A stretch of 32,588 nt of DNA from Dehalococcoidia bacterium (GTDB taxonomy: Bacteria; Chloroflexota; Dehalococcoidia; DSTF01; JACRBR01): NCBI GenBank assembly GCA_041494685.1, contig JBGQBE010000039.1, forward strand, positions 1 to 32,588. The letters run 5' to 3'. The notes under the pieces are model-generated. The model ran no database searches and was not told the DNA's origin. It saw only the letters and a program-made list of their open reading frames with translations. Positions 26,058 through 32,588 of this stretch are shown here, piece after piece. Position 1 is the first letter of the stretch. Each line of letters opens with the position of its first letter. The translations under genes were made by a program, and so were the position numbers.

Positions 26058-27746
26058 TTGAAGCAAGGCGCGTTTACATTCGTCCTCCACTCACACCTGC
26101 CATACGCGCGGATGGCGGGCCGCTGGCCGCACGGCGAGGAGTGGCTCCACGAAGCGGCCGTCGAGACCTACCTGCCGCTCCTCGCCGCCCTCCACGATCT
26201 CGCGGAGCAGGGCGTCCGCTACCGCCTGACGATCAGCATCACCCCCGTGCTCGCCGAGCAGCTCGCCGACGCCGACGTGCTCCGCAATCTCGACGCCTAT
26301 CTCGACGACCTGCACGAACGCGCCGAGCGCGACGTGCGCCGCTTCGAGCGCGACGGCGACTCGCAGCGGGTGATCGTCGCCGCCTTCCACCGCGACCGCT
26401 TCGCGTGGCTGTCGCGCCAGTTCCGCCAGCGCTTCGACCGCGACCTCGTCGCCGCCTTCCGCTGGCTGCAAGATCACGGCTACGTTGAACTCGCCACCAG
26501 CGCCGCCACGCACGGGTACCTGCCGCTGCTCCAGCGCGACTCGTCCATCTACGCCCAGGTGCGCACCGGCGTGCAGACCTACGAGCGGCACTTCGGCCGC
26601 AAGCCGGAGTCGTTCTGGCTGCCGGAGTGTGCCTACCGCCCCTCCTATATCGCGTCCGACGGCACCCTCAAGCCGGGCATCGAGGAGTTCCTCGCCGGCC
26701 AGGGCCTGACCACGTTCTTCGTCGAGACGCACACCATCCTGGGCGGAGAGCTCGTCGGCAAGGCCGCCGGCGACGCCATCGGCCCGTACAGCGAGATCTC
26801 GCGCCGCTACACCGTGCCCGTGCCGCCCGACTCGCAGCCGGCGCACCGGACGACCTTCGAGCCGTACTGGGTCGCCGGGAAGCGCGTCGCCGCCATCGGC
26901 CGCAACGTCACCACCGGACTTCAGGTGTGGTCCGCCGAGCACGGCTACCCCGGCGACTTCGCCTATCGCGAGTTTCACAAGAAGGACGGCGAGTCCGGCC
27001 TGCACTACTGGCGCGTCACCGGCGCCGGCGTCGACCTGCACGAGAAGGCGCCCTACGACCCCCAGGCCGCGTTCGCGCGCGCGCACGAGCACGCCCGCCA
27101 CTTCGCCGCGCTCGTCGAAGAGCAGGTGCGCGGCTACCACGCGTCCAGCGGGCGCTATGGCATTCTCAGCGCCGCGTACGACACCGAGCTGTTCGGCCAC
27201 TGGTGGTTCGAGGGCGTCAGCTGGTTGCAGGAAGTGCTGCGCACCCTCGCCCGCAGCGACGCCGTCGAGATGACCGGCGCGGCGCAGTTCGTCCGCGAGC
27301 ACCCGCCCGAAGAGGCCGTCGCGCTGCCCGAGGGATCGTGGGGGCAGCAGGGTACGCACTTCGTCTGGAACAACGCCGACACCGCGTGGATGTGGCCCAT
27401 CATCAACGGCGCAGCCCGCCGCATGGAGGACATGGCGGCCCACTACGCCGGCGCCGCCGGCCCCGTCGCCGCCGCGCTCGCCCAGATGGCGCGCGAGCTG
27501 TTGCTGCTGGAGTCCAGCGACTGGCCGTTCCTCGTCACCACCGGCCAGGCCCGCGCCTACGCCGAGCTCCGCTTCGCCGAGCACGTCGAGCGCTTCGAGC
27601 GCCTCGCCGCCCAGGTCGAGGCGGGCGAGGTGGACGCGGCCTACCTGGCCGACCTCGCCGAGCGCGACAAGCTCTTCGCGGACGTCGCGCCGGCTGACTT
27701 CCTGGCGCGCGAAGGCGTCGCCGCGCCGCCCCAGCGCGCCCTGTAG
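26058..27746 (+). CDS. GH57 1,4-alpha-glucan branching enzyme (DUF1957 type)
   Basis: FVLHSHLPY, GEEWLHEA, ATHGYLPLL, FWLPECAY, YREFH, YDTELFGHWWFEG, EGSWG and ELLLLESSDWPF. Confidence 0.93.
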   Translation: MKQGAFTFVLHSHLPYARMAGRWPHGEEWLHEAAVETYLPLLAALHDLAEQGVRYRLTISITPVLAEQLADADVLRNLDAYLDDLHERAERDVRRFERDGDSQRVIVAAFHRDRFAWLSRQFRQRFDRDLVAAFRWLQDHGYVELATSAATHGYLPLLQRDSSIYAQVRTGVQTYERHFGRKPESFWLPECAYRPSYIASDGTLKPGIEEFLAGQGLTTFFVETHTILGGELVGKAAGDAIGPYSEISRRYTVPVPPDSQPAHRTTFEPYWVAGKRVAAIGRNVTTGLQVWSAEHGYPGDFAYREFHKKDGESGLHYWRVTGAGVDLHEKAPYDPQAAFARAHEHARHFAALVEEQVRGYHASSGRYGILSAAYDTELFGHWWFEGVSWLQEVLRTLARSDAVEMTGAAQFVREHPPEEAVALPEGSWGQQGTHFVWNNADTAWMWPIINGAARRMEDMAAHYAGAAGPVAAALAQMARELLLLESSDWPFLVTTGQARAYAELRFAEHVERFERLAAQVEAGEVDAAYLADLAERDKLFADVAPADFLAREGVAAPPQRAL

Positions 27747-27828
27747 GCGTCCCCCCTTCCCACGCCCCCTCCCGCCGCCGATGTCTTAGACTGGGACGAC
27801 CGTCGCCGGCGGTTGCGGGAAGGGGACT

Positions 27829-29130
27829 ATGGCCACGATCTACTGGGCCTCGTTGCTGCACTTCTACCAGCCTCCGATCCAGCTGCCGGAGGTGCTGCGC
27901 AAGGTCGTCGACGAGTCGTACCGGCCGCTGATCGACGTCTTCAAGCAGAACCCCCACGCTCGCGTCTCGGTCAACATCAACGGCGTGCTCACGGAGATGC
28001 TGTACGAGAGCGGCTACCAGGACGTGATCGACGGCCTGCGCGAACTGGCCGAGGGCGGCCAGGTCGAGTTCGTGGGCTCGGCCAAGTTCCACGCCATCCT
28101 GCCGCTGATCGACGAGTCCGAGCAGCGCCGCCAGATCCGCCGCAACCACCTGACCAACCGCCACTTCTTCGGCGAGGTCTACCAGCCGCGCGGCTTCTTC
28201 CCGCCGGAGATGGGCTACGACCGCTCCATCCTGGAACCGATCCTGGACCTCGGTCACGAGTGGGTGATCATGAGCGGCGTCGCCTGCCCCGCCGCGTGGC
28301 CGACCACGTCGATCTACGAGACGAAGTCGGACGACGGCAACGCGATCGCCGTGATCTTCCGCGACGACGTGCTGAGCAACAAGATCTCGTTCCAGGACAT
28401 GGACGGCAAGGCCTTCGTGTCGCACCTGCGCGCCACCTACGGCAACGACCGCGACATGTACATCGTCACCGCGATGGACGCCGAGACCTTCGGCCATCAC
28501 ATCGAGAACTGGGACCAGCTTTTCCTCGCCGACGCCTACGAGGCCGTCGCCCCGTACGCCGGTGTCGTCCAGCCGCGCTCGCTCGCCGCCAGCACGCGCA
28601 CGCTGCTCACGCTGACCGAGCGCGACGATGTGCCGGACCCCGTCGTCGCGACGACCATCAGCGGCCTCTTCGATCGCTTCCCGCGCGGCGAGGACGTCGA
28701 TCCGCGCCCGGCGTCGTGGAGCACCACGCACGCCGACCTGGATGCCGGCGTGCCGTACCCGCTGTGGCAGGCGCCCGGCAACTACATCCACAAGCTGCAG
28801 TGGGAGCACGTCGATGTAATGTCCCGGCTCGTCGCTACCGCCCAGGACGCGGCCGACACCCCGATCTCGCGGCGTCACGCCGAGATCGCGCGCGGCCTGA
28901 TGGATCCCGCCCTCCACTCCTGCCAGTTCTGGTGGGCCAGCCGCCGCCCGCACTGGGACGTCAACATGATCGCGCGCGGGCTCGCCCAGCAGGAGGGCGT
29001 CATCGTGAACGCGTTCCGCGCCATCAACCTCAGCGACGCCGCCGAGGAGACGAAGCGCGAGGCGTACTACCGCGTCGTCGCTTCGCGCGACATCCGCGAC
29101 AAGATCCACGACCAGCTCTTCTGGGACTGA
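27829..29130 (+). CDS. GH57 family glycoside hydrolase (amylase/glucanotransferase/amylopullulanase-like)
   Basis: LHFYQP, HAILPL, GFFPPEMGY (nucleophile), AMDAETFGHH (acid/base), ASWS and HSCQFWWA. Confidence 0.88.
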   Translation: MATIYWASLLHFYQPPIQLPEVLRKVVDESYRPLIDVFKQNPHARVSVNINGVLTEMLYESGYQDVIDGLRELAEGGQVEFVGSAKFHAILPLIDESEQRRQIRRNHLTNRHFFGEVYQPRGFFPPEMGYDRSILEPILDLGHEWVIMSGVACPAAWPTTSIYETKSDDGNAIAVIFRDDVLSNKISFQDMDGKAFVSHLRATYGNDRDMYIVTAMDAETFGHHIENWDQLFLADAYEAVAPYAGVVQPRSLAASTRTLLTLTERDDVPDPVVATTISGLFDRFPRGEDVDPRPASWSTTHADLDAGVPYPLWQAPGNYIHKLQWEHVDVMSRLVATAQDAADTPISRRHAEIARGLMDPALHSCQFWWASRRPHWDVNMIARGLAQQEGVIVNAFRAINLSDAAEETKREAYYRVVASRDIRDKIHDQLFWD

Positions 29131-29137
29131 TCCGCCC

Positions 29138-29602
29138 TTACGCCCGCACCTCGAAGATGAACTCCGCCTCGACGCTCGCGCCCAGCGGCAGCTCGGCCAC
29201 GCCCACCGCCGCGCGCGCGCCCAGCCCGCCGTCGCCGAGGACCTCGCGCAGCAGATCCGATGCGCCGTTCGCCACCGTCGGCTGGTACGTGAAGCCGGGC
29301 GCCGACGCCACGTACACCGTGCTCTTCACGACGCGCGCCACCCGGTCCAGCGAACCCAGTTCCTTGCGCGCGATCGCCAGCGCCGAGATCGCGCAGCCGC
29401 GCGCGGCCTCCTTGCCCGACTCCACGTCGATCTCCCGCCCGAGCTTGCCGGGGTGCAGCGGCCGCCCGTTCTCGACCGCGATCTGGCCCGAGATGAAGAG
29501 CAGGTTGCCGCTCAGCACCGCCGGCACGTAAGCCCAGCGCGGCGCGCCCACGGGCGGCAGGGTGATCCCCAACTCGATGATCCGCTGGTCGGGCGTGCCC
29601 AT
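29138..29602 (-). CDS. RidA/YjgF family protein
   Basis: LGITLPP...YVPAVLSGNLLFISGQ, QPTVANGASDLL and ARAAVGVAELPLGASVEAE. Confidence 0.92.
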   Translation of the reverse strand: MGTPDQRIIELGITLPPVGAPRWAYVPAVLSGNLLFISGQIAVENGRPLHPGKLGREIDVESGKEAARGCAISALAIARKELGSLDRVARVVKSTVYVASAPGFTYQPTVANGASDLLREVLGDGGLGARAAVGVAELPLGASVEAEFIFEVRA

Positions 29603-29733
29603 GTGCTGCTCCTCTCGCTCCCCTCCGGCACGCTGCGCTCGGAGCGCGTCGTAGCCCCTCCCGGTTGTTAGGACTTGTTTAACACATCGGCGGATCGCCG
29701 TTAACAGGGGGCGCGTAGGATAGCAGTGTAGTT

Positions 29734-29783
29734 GAACGGCGCTGCGGCCATGCTCCCCCGGCCGCATCGCCGTTCTTCTTTTT
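29734..29783 (+). terminator. Strong intrinsic-terminator-like hairpin in a divergent intergenic region (candidate sRNA 3' end)
   Basis: GAACGGCG-c-TGCGGCC, loop ATGCTCCCCC, GGCCGCA-t-CGCCGTTC, then TTCTTTTT. Confidence 0.7.
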
Positions 29784-29909
29784 CTCCCGATGCCATGTAG
29801 TGGATGTCTGTGGAAGGCCGTTGCCGATCTCTGCCGCCGTGGTGTGACAGCCCGCCGACGCCCGGCCTCCGCACTGGGAACCCCGCACGGCCAACGGTAG
29901 ACTGGGCGC

Positions 29910-30920
29910 ATGCAGGAAGAGCAGGGCCCGGTCCGCGCCCCCGAATTCTCCTCGAACGTCGCCTGGCTGCAGGGCGGCCCCCTCCGCATGTCCGATCTGC
30001 GCGGCCGGCCGGTGCTCATCGACTTCTGGGACTACACCTGCGTCAACTGCCTGCGCACCCTCCCGTACGTCAAGGAATGGCACCGCCGTTACGGCCCACT
30101 CGGGCTCACCGTCGTCGGCGTCCATGCGCCGGAGTTCTCTTTCGCGCGGGAGAGCGGCAACGTGCTGCGCGCCGTCCGCGACCAGGCCATCGACTACCCC
30201 GTGCTGCTCGACAACGAGTACGCCACCTGGCAGGCCTACGCCAACCGCTGCTGGCCCGCCAAGTACCTCGTAGACGGCGAGGGCTACCTGCGCTACTACC
30301 ACTTCGGCGAGGGCGCTTACGCGCAGACCGAAGAGGCGGTGCAGGCCCTCCTCCGCGAATCCTTCCCGCAGATCCTGCTGCCCGGGCTCATGGACCCCAT
30401 GCGCGACGAGGACGGCCCAGGCGCCGTCTGCTACCGCGTCACGCCCGAGCTGTACCTCGGCTACCAGCGCGGCGCGATCGGCAACGTCGCCGGCGTCGTG
30501 CCCGACAAGCCCGCGACCTACCGCGACCCCGGCAAGCACATCGACGGCCACACCTACCTCGAAGGCGACTGGCTGCTCGCGGGCGAGTACCTCGCCCGGC
30601 CCGCCGGCGCGCAGGGCGAGAGCCGCCTCACCGTCCCCTACATGGCGAAGGAAGTGAACCTCGTCATCCACCCGCCCTCCTACGGCGGCGCGGCGACGAT
30701 CGCCGTCACGCAGGACGGCGCGCCGCTGCCGGCCGAAGACGCCGGCGCCGATGTTGCCGCGGGCGGCGCCACATCGCTGCTCACGGTCGCCGCGCCGCGC
30801 ATGTACCGGCTCGTCGCCAACCGCGACATCGACCGCCACGAACTGACACTTACGACGACCTCCGACGGTGTGGCGCTCTACGCGTTCACCTTCACGTCGT
30901 GCCTGGTGCCGGGAGACTAG
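29910..30920 (+). CDS. Redoxin/thioredoxin-like protein with a DipZ-type C-terminal domain
   Basis: DFWDYTCVNCLRTLPYV, GVHAPEFSF, WPAKYLVD, HFGEGAY, TPELYLGY, PRMYRLV and YAFTF. Confidence 0.88.
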   Translation: MQEEQGPVRAPEFSSNVAWLQGGPLRMSDLRGRPVLIDFWDYTCVNCLRTLPYVKEWHRRYGPLGLTVVGVHAPEFSFARESGNVLRAVRDQAIDYPVLLDNEYATWQAYANRCWPAKYLVDGEGYLRYYHFGEGAYAQTEEAVQALLRESFPQILLPGLMDPMRDEDGPGAVCYRVTPELYLGYQRGAIGNVAGVVPDKPATYRDPGKHIDGHTYLEGDWLLAGEYLARPAGAQGESRLTVPYMAKEVNLVIHPPSYGGAATIAVTQDGAPLPAEDAGADVAAGGATSLLTVAAPRMYRLVANRDIDRHELTLTTTSDGVALYAFTFTSCLVPGD

Positions 30921-30989
30921 CACCGCCCCCGGTCGGAGCATGGAAGAATCGGACACGCGGGAACGCGGGCAGCATCCAGGGGGTACGAC

Positions 30990-31682
30990 ATGGACAGCGC
31001 AGGAAGCGCCAATCTACAGTCAGGGTTCGTGCTGGCAGCCGTGCTGGCGGCGGTGCTCTTCGCCGGGCGGCTCGGCGGCACCGACGAGGTTGCCCGCCGC
31101 ATCTACCAGGTGGCGCTGGGCGCGGTGCTCGCGTTCCTCGTCATCGCAGGCGTGACCGCATTCATCCGCCCGCCCAGCGTTCCGGAGGGCGTGCTGAGCG
31201 GTTCTTCGTCGTCATCGTCGTCGTCGTCGTCGTCGTCATCGTCCTCCTCCACGTTCGACGGAGGGGACACCAATTCGTCGCAGTCACAGGACGCCGGGCG
31301 GGCGTACCTCAAGGACCTCGCCGACCACGAGGCCACCGCGCGGTCCGTCCGCGCGGGCGTTGGCCTGCTGATCCTGATCGGCGGGCTCGTGGCGCTGGGC
31401 AAGCGCCCCACCGTCGCTCTCGGTGCGGCGCTTGGCGGGCTGCTGCTCGTGCTGCTCGGCGGCTCAAGCTCTACGGGTGGCGGTGGCTCCGACATCTTCA
31501 GCTCGCTGCTCGGCGTCTACTCCGGCGTGCTGGGGGCGGCGCTCGGCTCGTCGTCACGCGGCCTCGATATCGCCCACTTCGGCGTGCTGGCGGGCGGCGC
31601 GGTGGCGCTGCTCCTGTTCGGGCTGCTGCGCTGGGACGTGGATGAGCCGGCCGCCCTGCCCGCGCCCGTCCCCGACGCGTGA
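30990..31682 (+). CDS. Hypothetical membrane protein with a 16-Ser tract
   Basis: Multiple hydrophobic segments. Poly-Ser is encoded at 31203-31250. Confidence 0.7.
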   Translation: MDSAGSANLQSGFVLAAVLAAVLFAGRLGGTDEVARRIYQVALGAVLAFLVIAGVTAFIRPPSVPEGVLSGSSSSSSSSSSSSSSSSTFDGGDTNSSQSQDAGRAYLKDLADHEATARSVRAGVGLLILIGGLVALGKRPTVALGAALGGLLLVLLGGSSSTGGGGSDIFSSLLGVYSGVLGAALGSSSRGLDIAHFGVLAGGAVALLLFGLLRWDVDEPAALPAPVPDA

Positions 31683-32588
31683 CCGCCCCCGCCGACGAGC
31701 GCGCAGCCCGACTCCTCGCCGAGGCGGAGCGCGCCTACGATGACCTCTGGGACGACGCCGTCGCCATGGTGCGCTACGGCGACGCACCCGCCCACGACCC
31801 GCGCGGCACCTTCGCCTACGCGATCGTCCTGCTGCGCCGGGGCGACGCTGCCGCGCGCAACCGCGCCGCCCGCGCCATCCGCGCCGTGCTGGCGCTGCAG
31901 GAGCGCGCCCCCGACGACGTCCATCACGGCAACTTCCGCTGGACGCTGGAGGAATCGTGCGTCCGCGACCTCAACGGCGTCGAGTTCATGCTCGACAGCC
32001 TCAACGAGATCGTCCGCGTCCACGAAGACGCCCTCGCGCCCGGACTGGCGGAGGAGATCCGCGAGGCGATCGCCATCGGCCTCGACGAGATCGACCGGCT
32101 CGACGTGCATCCCGGCTACACCAACATCGCCCTCAGCGACATCAGCAACAGCGTGCTCGGCGGCGTCGTCACCGGCGACACGGCGTACGTCGAGCGCGGC
32201 GCGCGCCGCCTCGAGAATTGGCTCGCGTTCACCAACCGCTCCGGCGCGCCGCACGAGTACAACTCGCCCACCTACTGTGCCGTCGACCTGCAGCGCCTCG
32301 CCGCGCTCGCCGAGCACGCGCCCGATGCCGCGCTCGCGCTGAAGGCGCGCCTGGCGGAAGAGCGCCTGTGGCAGCACGTCGCCGCGCACTACCATCCCGC
32401 CCTCGCGCAGCTCGCCGGCCCGCACGCCCGCGCCTACTACGACGGCACGAGCGGCGCCGGCGGCTACCTCAAGCTGCTCCTCTGGCGCCTCCTCGGCGAC
32501 CCGGCGCTCCGCCCCGCAGGCGCGTACGACACGCCCACGCGCGAGGAGATGCACGTCTCCGTCGCGCTCGACACGCTGCACCCGCCCG
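31679..32588 (+). CDS. Hypothetical protein, 3'-truncated by the window end (not in the ORF track)
   Basis: GTG overlaps the upstream TGA (GTGA). The frame is open: VTAPADERAARLL...GNFRW...DLNGVEF...YTNIAL...HEYNSPTY...QLAGPHARAY, with host-like codon usage. Confidence 0.8.
   Translation, partial: MTAPADERAARLLAEAERAYDDLWDDAVAMVRYGDAPAHDPRGTFAYAIVLLRRGDAAARNRAARAIRAVLALQERAPDDVHHGNFRWTLEESCVRDLNGVEFMLDSLNEIVRVHEDALAPGLAEEIREAIAIGLDEIDRLDVHPGYTNIALSDISNSVLGGVVTGDTAYVERGARRLENWLAFTNRSGAPHEYNSPTYCAVDLQRLAALAEHAPDAALALKARLAEERLWQHVAAHYHPALAQLAGPHARAYYDGTSGAGGYLKLLLWRLLGDPALRPAGAYDTPTREEMHVSVALDTLHPP

Noticed and set aside
2666..32581. Numerous long overlapping or antisense ORFs in the track (e.g. 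12676-14412, 18368-20452, 27535-29109, 29804-31645)
   Set aside because: They are Arg/Ala/Pro-rich or antisense shadows of well-supported genes, as expected in high-GC DNA.

Overview
High-GC bacterial chromosomal window. Gene content and style suggest Chloroflexota (Dehalococcoidia-like), but this is inference. It opens with a hicAB toxin-antitoxin locus whose hicA is split by a complete 2006-bp IS1595-family element (24-bp inverted repeats, 8-bp target duplication). The element carries a HEPN-like cargo gene and an unannotated 52-aa antisense ORF. The middle is mostly housekeeping and envelope genes: scpA, a P-loop kinase, a GH-fold lipoprotein, two GT-C glycosyltransferases, glutamate dehydrogenase, a GGDEF protein, an M16 peptidase, ada, a NUDIX hydrolase, serS, a siroheme decarboxylase pair, a TPR protein and a two-domain multicopper oxidase. 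The most striking locus is a near-consensus sigma70 promoter followed by a c-di-AMP (ydaO/yuaA-type) riboswitch. It heads a cluster of a catalytically degenerate TreT paralog, a canonical TreT, glgC, a GH57 branching enzyme and a second GH57. Also present are a candidate ~55-nt hairpin sRNA between divergent genes, heptamer arrays directly after stop codons, a REP-like tandem hairpin and a recurrent leaderless (TANNNT-6/7 nt-start) gene architecture. All family calls come from motif recognition by eye; no database searches were run.
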